This document shows, one piece after another, positions 14,300 to 27,205 of a stretch of 64,000 bases of DNA (position 1 is its first letter; each line of letters opens with the position of its first letter). The notes under the pieces were generated by a model. That model was not told the origin of the DNA, searched no databases, and saw only the letters and a program-made list of their open reading frames with translations. Location of the stretch: the NCBI GenBank assembly GCA_034780895.1, contig JAUZTB010000081.1, forward strand, positions 11,053,373-11,117,372, read 5' to 3'. Both the position numbers and the translations under genes were made by a program. This DNA is from Rhynchobatus australiae (Eukaryota).

Positions 14300-14660
14300 T
14301 TTAAAGGCGAAGTCGAGAGACTCTCGTGACGGGCAAAACCATGCTGAGAGGGTATGGTGGGCAGAAGGAACCGGTTAAGTTAGCGAATGGGAGAATGAGC
14401 AAAGGAGAAACATTTGGTCGACAGACAATTTATGGGAGCAGAGCATAGGGAAATTGGAATATTCAATGTTTGTATCATTTGGTTGCAAACCAACGGAGAA
14501 TAAATACAATTTTACACATCCCATCTGCGGTTGACCTACAGGTAGCAATGGAGAGGGCCGAGGACAGACAGGTGAATGTGGGAGACGTCAGGGAAGTTTC
14601 AACAACATTCAACCGGAAACTCGATATGACCATTGCGCTGATACCCGTCTTCACTCCCCT
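14300..14660 (-). mobile_element. Penelope-like (GIY-YIG) relic carried in the duplicated unit
   Basis: Collinear with the 24150-24380, 44560-45020 and 63200-63720 copies. Confidence 0.5.
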
Positions 14661-15219
14661 TCATTGCATACAAGTACAGTCGTTTACATCTCGGGCAATG
14701 AATGCACTCTATCCACATTAAATGTTTGTAATATTACTCTGCCACAGTGGTTTATCTTAAACACATTTGAATAGCCCACTCAAGCAGTTAAAAAATTAAA
14801 TTGCTTTTATTTTTGCATGCAATTCAGAACTTCCAACTCAGTGCGACTCCAAACGATAACAGCCCCTACAAACAATTACTTTGTTTTCGCTATTTTGTTT
14901 TGTGTGATATCTCTGGAAAATTGCCTCAAATCCTCCAAATATTTGTTCTTACTTCATTTATACCACATGCTGCTTCTGATCCGTATATATAAATGATATG
15001 TGGCGGAAAGTAAATGAGATGCAGATAAGCTGTGTTGAAAATAACCAACAAAACACTCGTTCAAGAGAAACAGCATTTATTGAATTGAAATCTTTCTTCA
15101 ACCCAAATGCAATAAATATTATAGTTTCTTTCACTTCTTTAATTTGTTGAAGAGTTTAAATGATGAAGCATCCATATGCAGTTTACATTTTATCTGTGGT
15201 CAGAGGCACAAACAACACA

Positions 15220-15310
15220 CAGCTTAATTAATATGATCAAGTGACTGAATAATTGCAGTCATCGTGAGTGCTGCTGCCACCCTGGAGATTTCTCTCAGAT
15301 AGAAATAAAA
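15220..15310 (+). promoter_or_regulatory. Putative proximal promoter of unit 3 (TAATTA 15225, CCCTGGAG 15280, TATA variant TAGAAATA 15300)
   Basis: Conserved motif order and 78-nt spacing from the TATA position to the ATG. Confidence 0.5.
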
Positions 15311-15377
15311 GCTAAAATTGAAATCAGGAGATCGAAGCGTCTGTTAAAGTACCGACAAACGTAGTATCCCTTCGAAT

Positions 15378-15447
15378 ATGAGACGACCTGTAATCTTGCA
15401 GACCGAAAGTATTTACTATCCTATTCTTGCAATAATTGGAATTCCAG
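15378..15447 (+). CDS. GPR139-like GPCR, exon 1 (unit 3)
   Basis: MRRPVILQTESIYYPILAIIGIP + G|GTAAGT consensus donor; not listed in the ORF track. Confidence 0.85.
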
Positions 15448-18400
15448 GTAAGTCGGTTGTAGAATGGTATTACAGATATAATCTTGTGCGTGTGTGTGCT
15501 TGATTGCTGACACAAGCACAGTTAAAACAGTTGAACTCATTAATTCAACGCCTTTAGATATAATAGTAATATCTGACTGTCTTTAGTCAGTAATGTAACT
15601 GACAGGCAATATTGTGCTTTAAAATATGTTAATTGGATTGAGAAATCAAGCCAACGACAGTTGAATTTGTCTTGGAGTGAAATATATATCCGCTTTTTCA
15701 CTCAGAAGAAAAAAAATTCCTGCTTCACCTGCTTGGAATACAAGCTCCCTTAAAATTGGCAGAATGTTTTTATCTCCTGAAGGTTCAATGTGAAAATGCA
15801 TGCTTTTATTCATTTTCTTCTTCAGTCAACGGATAAGTTTCTGTAGCAATTTATGACATAAACGAAAAATAAATGTATGCTGCCGTGCAATTTTTGCTCA
15901 TTGTGAAAGGTCACAAAGAATTCCAACTCGTGAATGTATTACAGAAAAAAAAGCTGCAATATCATTTCGATGGATGTTCTCCGCTTCACCGTGGATCTCT
16001 GACCCAATGAAATGGTCTATGCAGGCTAATCTCCCACAAAATATGAACGTTGTAATCTCCTTCTGACTGATAAATTATTGAGAAGTAGCGCATGCATCAA
16101 GAACAGGATGGGATGCGTAGTTTTGTTTATACTGACTACCGTTGGTCATATCACGCACACTGGAAATTGAAAACTCTTAAGTAGGCACTGACTTTTACTG
16201 ACTGTTTNNNNNNNNNNNNNNNNNNNNNNNNNNNNNNNNNNNNNNNNNNNNNNNNNNNNNNNNNNNNNNNNNNNNNNNNNNNNNNNNNNNNNNNNNNNNN
16301 NNNNNNNTACGTATACACAGCAAGTCTGGATTCATTGGTTGGAAGAAAAACAGATTTAACTGGTCAACTCCACACATGCTTCTGAGAACAGAAAATAAAT
16401 GCTGTTTAAGACTGGTGACAATGAACAAATGAAATATATGACAAGATGAAGAACAAGTTTTTTTTCCTGATGGCAAGACTTATTTGATTGCAGAGCAAAG
16501 TTCTGATCAAGGTGGATATGACCGGTGAGGAATGGAATTTTAGCTGGAAGTCACGCGAGATACATTGGACATGAAACCATTAATTTGGGAAATGGGGTAT
16601 CGATTCCTCGTTAATAACTTAACGAAACATTTCACAGCGGTGATCTTCACCCCATCACATTGTTCTCTCTATCCCTTCCACCCCTCGCAGTTTTGAATGC
16701 ATTTCATTTCCCTTTTTCAGTTGCTAATTATAGAATTTGAAGAGCAACAGTGGTAGGGTCACTCAAAGGACCCTCCGCTCTTCCTATCCGCGCCAGCCAT
16801 CATGCCTTTAATGCTAATAGCATTATTGCAACAGAGTGAACCTCCAACAAGATTTCATTATAAAACCACATTGGAAGCTGTTGTGATGATACTAGGGATT
16901 TGTGAAGTGTACAGATAAACAAAAGGCTCGATAATTCGAACTCTATTAGGTCCTGATTTTGTAGCGGTCTAAAATTATAAATGCAAAAGAACGCAGTAAA
17001 CGACGAATCATCGTATTTTTATTCGAATATATTATTCCTATGAACATTTAGCTTCATAAAATATTTACGTGTTTATAATGCAGGTAAAGCCGAGCGTCAG
17101 CCTATGTCTCAGCCGTTCTCCCAACTGACTTTCCTCTGAACCCTCAGTCCTGATGATCTTCACCCCATCACAAACACGCTCGATCCAAAGCGTCGAACGT
17201 TCCTTTGCCTGCACAGTTGTTGCCGATACGCTGCATTTCTCTGGCAATTTACCTTTCTCTCCAATCCCAGCATCTGTTTTATCTGTTGTATGCATTTTCA
17301 AAAATCCGAGTTGTAGTATACTCGACAAGGAACGAATAATAGGTATCAGCGCAATGGTAATATCTCTCCTGGATGGAATGCGTAGTTTTGTTTATATTAC
17401 TACCGTTGGTCACATCACGCACACTGGAAATTGAAAACTCTTAAGTAGGCACTGACTTTTACTGACTGTTTGATGAATGGCGATTTATTATTCTCAATAA
17501 TTCTTAATATTAATCGGTCTGTTGAAAGTAATATTTAAACAAATGATGAGGAATGGATACATGCAACGCAGAGCAAGAAAAAATGTACACGCGAATATGG
17601 TAATGAGCAGAACTACTGAATCTCTCCAGCTGTTACACTTGTGGAAGTTTAATTTCTAAATTTGACAGTTATATGGAAGAAAGGTAACGTCTATTTCTTT
17701 TCGATTATTCCGCACACTTTAATCGCCGAGACGGGATATTAATATTGAGGATCCATTTACCGATGACGGTAGGTGAGGGGCATAGACGGAGAGGACGAAT
17801 TGCCTGAGATTCAACTGTTCAAATCGAACTATTTCGTGGTATGTCCCGTGAGAAATTTCTACGAGAATCAGGAAATTACGAAACACTTGAGTGTTATGAC
17901 ACCAAAAAGAACAGATTTTTATTCATTTATGTTGCATATCACTCAGATTTCGCGATGACTTGGCAGCTGATCTTCTGAGCAGATGGCACCACTTACTTTC
18001 TGTCCAACCCATGAAAATCACAGTATCGAGAACTCGAGGGATTTAAAAGAGGTTACCTCATATTTTTAAAGATGCATGTATAATCTACACTCTATGTATA
18101 TTATCAGACAGAACGGAAAGCTCTTCTTATAGCATATGTTGTGAAAAGGCCACCGGAAATTTCTATCGCCTGTTTATTTGTTTTCTTTCAATTCACGATC
18201 GTTTCGCCTTATAACGTGTCTGATGAATTCACGTTTCCAGAGCATTGTGAACGGTTGGGCCTCAGTACTGAAATGCAAACACGGCAGATAATACAGAGGA
18301 TGGGATGTACGCACGAGTCTCGGGTCTCTTCGTTTAGGTACGGACCACTGACTCGTTTAAATTTGGGGAATTTAAGCCCACTTCGTGCTCCCCCGTTGAT

Positions 18401-19354
18401 TCGTTACTCTGAACTCAACGACGAACATCCTGTTGTTGACCGTATTGCAAAATTTCGAAACTTCGGCGCTTGTGCGTCGAAAGTGATATTGAAGGAGGAG
18501 CTGGAGGTCTGAGGCCAGAAGTTACTTTTCTGCTGACGAGAACAATGAAGAAAAATCATGAGCAGAATTTACACCTGCCTTTCAATTTTATCCCGCGGCG
18601 ACAAACATCGAAATGAGAGTAGGTTGATTTCAACGGGATTGCAGACTCTGCAGTGGGAAGTAAATGCAAGCAGCGTGTTCATATTTTACTTTTAATTTAA
18701 TTTTAACTATTTGTCAGTCACTTGATTTCTTTGAAGGATATTGATTTGATTCATGATAGAAATATTTTCCCCACTTATCAAGGTATATTCGAGTAATTTG
18801 TTTGCTTTCCTTTGGACATCAGAGATATTGATAATGTGTTACAATATGAAAGCCATTGAAGTAAAGTATCAAAGGCGTTGGGGCTTTTTATGAGCCTCGG
18901 CCTCAGAATATCCCGCCTGAGAGTGAATCACCATTTGGATTTTAAAAAGCCCGCAGTATCTCTACCGGACGTGGAAAGTCAGCTCACTTGGCTCACTGTT
19001 TTGGAATTGGCACTGTGGGCGTGTGTTCGCTGGCTTGTGATTCTGGAAAGCATATTGACTTCATAATGCAAATATTATCACGACTGAGGCAGCGCCGGCT
19101 GACATGGGAAAAAAAAACAATGATAATTCCACAGGATTTTGTTCAATGGCATGGCCGACGCACTGCCTTTTATCATGGATCCACAAATGGAATGTCAGAA
19201 ATGTCTTCGAAATAATTTTTCCTAATTCTTAATTTAATTGCAAAGTCTTGAAGGCAAAACATAATGGTGCATGTGCGACAAATTGCAGCCATGTGCCTTG
19301 TATTTCTCGTGTTATTTCCCAATTTCTCATGCAAAATATGTTCTTTGTTTGCAG

Positions 19355-20271
19355 CTAATTTGGTGGCAATCAACATCCTTTCCTCCGGAAAGTGTGGGCT
19401 CTCCAGATGCATTATCCAGTATCTTATTTCGATGGCAGCAGCAGACCTAATGGTGTTGGTTTTCAATATAATGCTGTACGAGATTAAAGAGGCATATTTT
19501 CCACATTCATTCCTCAATTACACACCTATTTGCAGTCTTCTTATTACACTAATTTATATTTCGTTAGATTGCTCTGTCTGGCTAACTGTCACTTTTACAT
19601 TTGATCGATTTGTTGCTATTTGTTACCAGTCATTCCGGACAAAATATTGTACTACTAAAGTTGCATTGAAGGTTATAGCACTCGTGTTTTTATTAAGCAT
19701 CTTAGAAAATATTCCAATATATTTCATATTTGAACCTCGGGAAATAATTAACAATGTGCCATGGTCCTGTTATGTAAAGTCAAGCTTTTACACTTTACCT
19801 ACTTGGGTCGTGTTTTTATGGTTTGAAACGATTTTAACCCCATTTACACCATTTGCTTTGATCCTGATGCTCAATTCCTTGACCATTAAGCATATTATAC
19901 TGGCCAACCGAGTTAGAAGCAAGCTCCGAGGAAATAAAAGTGAGAATTGTCAGACTGATCAAGAGACTGACAACAGAAGGAAATCCATCATTCTATTGGT
20001 TGCTATATCTGGTAATTTTGTTCTCTTATGGATGGTAAATCTTGCGTGCTTCATCTGTGTACAGCTTACAGATTCTCAGTTTCTGGAAACCGATTACAAC
20101 GACTCTTTTACCATTGCAGAAAAAAGCGGTTATATGCTAAGGTGTTTGAGCACTTGTACAAACACCTTCATTTATGCGGTATCTCAGAGACACTTCAGAG
20201 CGGAAATGCAGAATATGTTTAAACGTCCTCTGTTTCTTATTTATCATTGCTGCAAACGTTTGAATATTTAG
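19355..20271 (+). CDS. GPR139: GPR139-like rhodopsin-class GPCR, complete intact exon 2; with a 70-nt exon 1 it gives a 328-aa 7TM protein (family-level call, not a proven one-to-one ortholog)
   Basis: Pyrimidine tract + TTTGCAG|CTAATTTG acceptor (phase 1, restores P-A-N-L-V). Motifs: MAAADL (TM2), SVWLTVTFTFDRFVAIC (TM3), LN-LT (TM5), NRRKSIILL-AISG-F-LLW (TM6), STCTNTFIY (TM7), FR-E helix 8. AATAAA at 20344. Confidence 0.92.
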
Positions 20272-20984
20272 CAGAAAAATAACTGCATTCAATCAAAGGA
20301 AAAGTACACCATTCGTTTGAGAGGCACACATAAATACATGTAAAATAAAAATCCTCTGATCTTCATTTCTAAAATTTGTTACGTTTTTTTATTTTAGTTA
20401 TTTTACGCTTTAACAACATAAAGCGACATATTTAGGAGCTGTGAAAAAGTCAATGAAATAACATTTGCTTCATTTCACTGAAGTAAAGAAATCAACGTTC
20501 GCAGGAAATGAGGAGTGTGGACGCATGTGTACAACTTGGCTTCAGTTCGATCTTCGTTCGCTGTAGATAAGAATAACATTCCCAACATGATATGGTTCGC
20601 AGAATAGATGGGGAGAGCAGTGATTTTAATGAAAGTTAATTGTTTGATCTGGCAGGCACCAAGGGTGAGAACAAATATCAATTAATTCGTCATCAACTGA
20701 CAGTGAGGGTGTTGACTTGCAAATCACTCTTGATCTCTCTGGAGAAGACGGAAAGAGAAAGGGCGGAACAATGTAAATCAGATGAATCTGCTGTTGCAGA
20801 AAAAAAAACGATTGAATATTGTTGAATCACTCAGCGGCTCAAGACGCCTGAATATTCAGTGAAAGCAGCCAATGGTGTCATCGAGTTTGTCGATTCTGAT
20901 GCAAGAAGGAAAACCATATTGAGGAAAACTGTCAAATTCAATGTGCCAAGGGATCTAAAGGACCAAACAAGACCATTAAAAAAA

Positions 20985-22683
20985 CAGAAGACATGGGGAC
21001 AGAATGAGGTCATGTGGCCCATCGAATCTGTTCCGCCATTCGATCATGGCTGATTTATTATTCCCCTCTCTACACCATTCTCCTGCCTTCTTCCCGCAAC
21101 CTTTGACAAACTTACTAATCAATAACATATCAACCTCCCTTTTAGTATATCCAAATGGCTTGGCATCCACAGTTGTCTGTGAACTAAATGAATTCCACCA
21201 ATTCACCATCCTGTGGCTTAATAAATTCCTCCTTATTATGGTTCTATAGGGACTTCTCTTGGGAATCTCTGCCCTGTGGTCCTGGAATTCCCTACTACAA
21301 CTTACATCCTCTCCACATCCGGTCTATCGAGGCCGTCCATTATTCGTTGGTTTTCGATGAGCTCCGTCGTCCTTCTAAACTCTAGTGCGTTGAGGTCTAG
21401 ATCCAACAAAATGTCCTCGTACTTTAACCCTTTCATCCACGAGATCATTTTCCTAAATCTTTGCTGGAACGTCTCCAATGCCAGGACATCCTTCATTAGT
21501 TACGGAACTCAAAAATTCTCTTGATACTCGAAATGTGGTCTGACCAATGCATTGTAAAGCCAAAGTAATTCAATTAGAGAGGAGTAGAAAAGAAGTATAT
21601 TCTTGTTTTTTATATGCTACTCTTCCCCAATTGAATTCTAACATTGCATTTGCCTTCTTTACTATTGACTCAACCCGTAAGTTAACATTTGGGGAATCCT
21701 GCACTATGACTAGCAAGTCTCTTTGCACCTCCGATTTCTAAATTCGCTCCCCGTATAGAAAATATTCTTTGCCTTTATTCATTTTAGCCAAACTTCATGA
21801 TTATATACTTCATCGTGCTGTACTTCAGACGCCACTACTCTGCACATTTTCTCAAACTGTCCAAATTAATCTTTGCATCATCCGGAGACTTCATCACAAA
21901 GACATCAATTGGTGATCCAGATCGTTATCATATAACGTGAAAAGTAGCAGACTCAACACTGACCCATCATGAAAACTACTGGTCACCTGCAGCCAACCAG
22001 AACAAAGCTATTTTTATTCCCACGGTTTGCTTTCTGCCAGTCAGCCAATCTTACATCCATGCAAGTACTTTTCCCGTAATGCCATATACTCCTATCTTGT
22101 TTAGCAGCCTCCTGTGCGGCACGTTGTCAAAGGCCTTCTGAAAATCCAAGTGTTCAACATCCTCCGAAGCTCATTTGTCTCTCATTCTTGCTATTTCCTC
22201 AATGAATTTTACCAGATTTGTTAGGCAATATCTCTCCTGAAGGAACTCTTGCTGACTTCTACCTATTTTATTATGTTCCTCCAAGTGCCACGAAACGTCA
22301 TTCTTAACAATAGACTCTAACATCTTACTAACCATTGACATCAAACTAATCGACCAACAATTTCCTGCCTTTTAAAGAGTGAAGTGACATTTGCGATTTT
22401 CCAGTCCTCTGTAACCGTGACTGAATCCAGTGATTCTTGAAAGAGCACTACGAACGCCTCCACAATCTCTTAAGTTACCACTTTTAGAGACCTGTGGTGC
22501 AGTCAATCCGTTCCAGGAGACTTATCTTCCTCCAGAGATTACAGCTTTCCAACCAGGTTCTCCTTCGTAATAGAGATTACACCTTTCTGTCCCCGGACTC
22601 CGCAGAATTTCTGCCATGTTGCTGGTGTCTTCCGCAGTGAAGACTGACGCAAAATACTAATTTAGTTCATTCGCCATTCAGGG
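20985..22683 (-). mobile_element. Degenerate CR1-like LINE (RT C-terminal half and 3' end)
   Basis: Minus-strand translation KDVLALETFQQRFRKMISWMKGLKYE and LDFQKAFD; CR1 3' end near 20985-21060. Confidence 0.85.
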
Positions 22684-22704
22684 AGAAAAGTTGTAGGGTG
22701 TCAT

Positions 22705-22995
22705 GGCAGGCCCGGTAGTACAGCCGTTAGCGTAATTCTTAACAGCGCCAGCGACCCAGGTTCAATTCCAGCTGCAGTCTGTAAGGAATTTGTACGTTCT
22801 CCCTGAGTCTACGTGGGTTTCCTCCGGGTGCTTCAGTTTCCTCCCACATTCCAAAGACGTGCGGGTTAGAAAGCTGTGGGCATGTTGGCGCTTGAAATGT
22901 GGCGACACTTGCGGGCTGCCCCCATAACACTCGACGCAAAAGATTCATTTCACTGTGTGTTTCGATGTACATATGACTAATGAAGATATCGTATT
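22705..22995 (+). mobile_element. tRNA-derived V-SINE (HE1-like)
   Basis: A-box-like ggtagtacagccgttagc, B-box GGTTCAATTCC, V-domain-like core gtgggtttcctccgggtgcttcagtttcctcccacattccaaagacgtgc. Confidence 0.85.
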
Positions 22996-22999
22996 TTAC

Positions 23000-23990
23000 C
23001 TAATCCCTTCCCCTATCATCATGCATCATTATCGTTAGGATAAGTCTTCTATGCGGCACCTTATCGAACCCCTTCTGGAAAACCAAATATACAACATCCA
23101 CCTGTTCCCCTCTATCCGCTGCGGTCATTATATCCTCAAAGGTCTCCAGTAAGTTTGTAAAACAGGATCTGCCCTCCTTTGCATCCATGCTATGTCTGGT
23201 GGATAGAATCATTTCTATTCAGATGTTTCGCTATTTCTCCCTTAATGAGAGCTTCAACATTATCCGGATGGCAGACGTTAAGCTAACTGGCCTATCGTTA
23301 CGTGTCTTTTGCTTACATCCCTTTTAAACAGTGGCGTGACATTCGCTGTCTTCCCATCCTCCGAGTCCTGCCCAGAGTCCCGTGAATTTTGGCAAATTGC
23401 CACAAACGCTTCCACTAAAATTCCTGCTATTTCTTTCAGTACTCTGGGATGCATCCCGTCAGTACTAGGGGACTTGCTTACCTTCAGGCCCATTAGTTTG
23501 CTCATCCCTGCCTATTTAGTAACAGAGATTATATCGAGGTCCCCCCCTCCTACCACACCATCACATCTCTCTTTGGCAAGTTAAATGAGTATTCCGCCGT
23601 GAATACCGAAAACAATTTTTTTGTTCAAGGCCTCGGATTTTTCCATATTACCCATTTCAATTTCCATCCCCCCCTACTCATTCCCCAAAGGATAGATGTT
23701 CACTTTAGCCACCCCTTTACGTTTTAGATAATTATAAAAAATATTTTTATGTTGTGTGCCGGTTTACTTCCATCACCCATCTTCCCTTTCATTATTGTTT
23801 ACTCTGTGGTTCTTTGTTGCTTTAAAATAAACATACCAATCTTCCCGTTTCCCAGCACTCTTGGCGACTTTGTTTTCATTAGGGTTTAGATTAGTACCGT
23901 CTTTTATTTCCATTGTTATCCAAGGCTGGGTCTCCCCTTCCTTACTGTCATCGCTTTTAACTGGAATATATTTTTGTAGATCAAGAAACT
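23000..23990 (-). mobile_element. Second CR1-like LINE ORF2 fragment
   Basis: GRSCFTNLLETFED, VDVVYLVFQKGFDKVPHRRL, KSPSTDGMHPRVLKE, ANVTPLFK, PWITMEIK. Confidence 0.9.
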
Positions 23991-24149
23991 TGCATGTTCT
24001 GCCACAAGCCATATGTTACAATATAACTTTCTTCCGTTAAATACCATAATACAGTGCAGAGAACTTGGTCGACAGACAAGTTTGTGGCCGAAGAGCACAG
24101 TGAAGTTGGACCATTTGATTTTTTTTTACATTGCATGGTAATGCACACG

Positions 24150-24380
24150 ATTCTATTGTGCAACATTGATCTTCCTCTGTGGGTTTGGCCTCTCCATAGC
24201 AACAGAGAAGGCCGAGAACAGACTGATCGTTGACGGGGAGGGAAGGAGATTTAAAACAATGTGGAACTGGAGGGTTGAGATGGCCGTTGCGGTCAGAGTG
24301 CAGGAACAACAGAGAACAATGGCCAAACCTAACCCTCATTTCAACAAAGCAGCTGAGGTTATATCTCAATCACCGATTGC
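24150..24380 (-). mobile_element. Penelope-like GIY-YIG endonuclease C-terminal relic
   Basis: PVPHCFKSPSLPVNDQSVLGLLCCYGEAKPTEE resembles the Penelope-type PVA-HFNSPSH--DLSVLGLLHC--EA-RKLEEQHL segment. Confidence 0.6.
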
Positions 24381-24793
24381 AGTATCCCAGACTGGAAGGG
24401 TTACAGGAGATGTTGGTCATATTGAACTGGTTGAGCTGTGTGCATTAAACATATTTCAAACTGCTACAGATCTATTTAAAAATACAGATAGACTTCATTT
24501 TGACATGGAATTGCCGATTCCCTTCTTAGTGCGACTCCAAAGGATCACGACCCTTATAAACATCCCTCTCTTTTTTTGTTTTGCTTTCTGCGGCGTTTCT
24601 GTACAATTGTCATCATGTATAATGTATGTAAATGACGTTTGGCAGAAATGAAAAAGAAAATGCAACTCATTTTATTTTCCATGGAGTTGAAGGGGAAATA
24701 AATAATAACGCATGATCCACAAATTGCCCCAACGGGGCCATCTAGTTCTTGATTATTTCTAGTTTTAATTCATTTTATATACTTTTTTTGCAG

Positions 24794-25660
24794 CTAATTT
24801 GATGGCAATCATCGACATGTCTTTACAATATCTAATATCAATGACAGTAGCAGCCTTAATGGATTTGGTTTTCAATACAATTAAAGATGCATATTTTCTG
24901 CATTCATTCCTCGATTACACACCTATTTGCTCTCTCAGATTTGCACTAATTTATATTTCGCTTGATTGTCTTGTCTGGCTAACTGTCACTTTTACAGTTG
25001 ATCGATTTATTGATATATGTTGCCAGACATTACGGACAAAATATTGTACAACAAAAATGCATTGAAGGTGATCACATTGGTGTTTTGGTTCAGGTTTTAA
25101 GAAATTATTTCAATCTACTTCATATTTGAATTTCAGGAAATAATTGACAATATGCAATGGTCCTGTTCTGTAAAGTTAAACTTTTACACCTCACCCAGTT
25201 GGATGGTGGTTTTAAGGTGTGAGACCAAGTTAACATCATTTGCACCATTTGCGCTGATCCTGCTGCTTAATTCCTTGACCATAAAAACATATTTTACAAC
25301 TAACACATTCAGAAGCAAGCTACGAGGAAAGAAGAGTAAGAAGCACCAGATTGACCAAGAGAATGACAACAGAAGGAAATCGATTATTTTACTAGTTCCA
25401 ATATCTGTTAGTCTTATTCTCTTATGGGTCGCAAATCTTCCGTGCCTCATCTGCCTACAGCTTACAGATCGTCAATTCATGCGAACCGATTACAACGACG
25501 CATTCGGCATTGCGGGAAAACTGCTGAGGAGTTTGAGCACTTATTAAAACACCTTCATTTGTGCGGTATCTGAGAGGAACTTCAGAAAGGAAATGAAAAA
25601 TCTGTTTCAACGTTCTCTTTTTCGCATTTCTCATTGCTTCAAACCTGTCTGAATGTTTAG
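24794..25660 (+). pseudogene. GPR139-like exon 2 pseudogene with no exon 1 of its own
   Basis: Acceptor TTGCAG|CTAATTTG intact; SSGKCGLSR and MLYE segments deleted; frameshift after YCTTK (TGA at 25063); further stops (TAA after LSTY). Confidence 0.9.
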
Positions 25661-26414
25661 CACGAAAAGGACTATATCCAAAGTAAATGCAAATGTTCAT
25701 TATGGAGGTACACTGAAAAACCTGTAAAATAAAACAACTTCCGACGTAGTTTTCATTTCTAACCGCCGTTGGGATTTTTTTTTTCATATTTTAATTACTT
25801 TGAAGTAATAAGGAACACATTGCGATCTTTTTATTTCAGATTATACCATAAATTCAGTGATCTATTTACTGCATTTCACTGAGGTAAAGGTTACAACGGT
25901 CTCAGAAAGTGTTGGATCTACATGAAGGTTTCGGATGTATTTATGAAGATAACTTCGCTTCAGGTCGATTTCCAGATTCTTCTTTGTGTCCAGAAAAAAA
26001 ATCAGTTCAACTCAACATGCTGTGGTTTGAAGGAATGTTAGAATGTATAAACAATAAATAAAATGCAATTATGTGTTCCGTCAGACATCAACTGACAGGG
26101 TGACATTAAGCTTGTTAATCGCATTTGATCTCTTTGCAGCAGAACTATGTTATTCTTGAAAATCAGATGTAACTACCGCTGCAGAAGAAAAAAACAAAGA
26201 AAAGGAATTGTTGATACACTCAGCAAGTCAGCCAGCAACCATGTTGAGAGAAAACAGTGTTAATGATGTAATTGAGGGCCTATCATTGGGGGATCCCGCC
26301 AGTTTTGCTGAAAGTTTGGAAAACCTCAATGTTGGAAATTGTGGAAGAGAATAGTCGGTGACATTTAAACTACGGGGAAACCAAATACTGATAGCTCAGA
26401 GCTGGATTGGGTGT

Positions 26415-27205
26415 CGGATATGCAAGTGAAATCTCAAGATCACTGGTAAGGATTGAACAATTGATCTCAAAAATAATAATACAGTTCAGCTCTTCCATGT
26501 TTGCGTATGTTTCCACTGCGTCGGACACTAACTTCAGAATACTGAGTGTAGTGCATTAAATTGTAAGTATAATTTAATGCATGCAGAGGCCAAGCAGTCT
26601 GTTAGGTCCATGTAAGTGCTGCAAAGGCTCCTAATAAATTACAGGTGCAGCGTCTCACGTGTTTGCCTGGAAACGAGCTAAAAGAAGGCGAGTTCTTGCT
26701 TGGGATAGAAAATAGAAGGAAAGATCCTCAATGGGGAGAGAATCAAAAGATGTAACCAACNNNNNNNNNNNNNNNNNNNNNNNNNNNNNNNNNNNNNNNN
26801 NNNNNNNNNNNNNNNNNNNNNNNNNNNNNNNNNNNNNNNNNNNNNNNNNNNNNNNNNNNNCGGATATGCAAGTGAAATCTCAAGGTCACTGGTAAGGATT
26901 AAACAATTGATCTCAAAAATAATAATACAGTTCAGCTCTTCCATGCTTGCGTATGTTCCCACTGCGTCGGACACTAACTTCAGAATACTGAGTGTAGAGC
27001 ATTAAATTGTAAGTATAATTTAATACATGCAGAGGCCAGGCAGTCTGTTAGGTCCATGTAAGTGCTGCAAAGGCACCTAATAAATTACAGGTGCAGCGTC
27101 TCACGTGGTTGCCTGGAAACGAGCTAAAAGAAGGCGAGTTCTTGCTTGGGATAGAAAATAGAAGGAAAGATCCTCAAAGGGGAGAGAATCAAAAGATGTA
27201 ACCAA
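26415..27205. repeat. ~345-bp near-identical duplication flanking the 100-N gap (26415-26759 vs 26861-27205)
   Basis: Direct comparison shows only scattered substitutions; likely unmerged haplotypes or overlapping contig ends. Confidence 0.85.

Noticed and set aside
19264-19354. ORF-track N-terminus MVHVRQ...CSLF, implying an intronless 335-aa GPCR
   Set aside because: It is read-through of the polypyrimidine tract. It is not conserved as an ORF in paralogs, whereas the TTTGCAG acceptor and the separate 70-nt exon 1 are.
22705-22790. Possible tRNA gene (A/B boxes)
   Set aside because: No clean cloverleaf, and it continues directly into a V-SINE core, so it is a SINE head.
26415-27205. Biological tandem repeat or LTR pair around the gap
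   Set aside because: The copies abut a placeholder 100-N gap and differ by only a few substitutions, typical of unmerged haplotypes; the same applies to 46322-46972.
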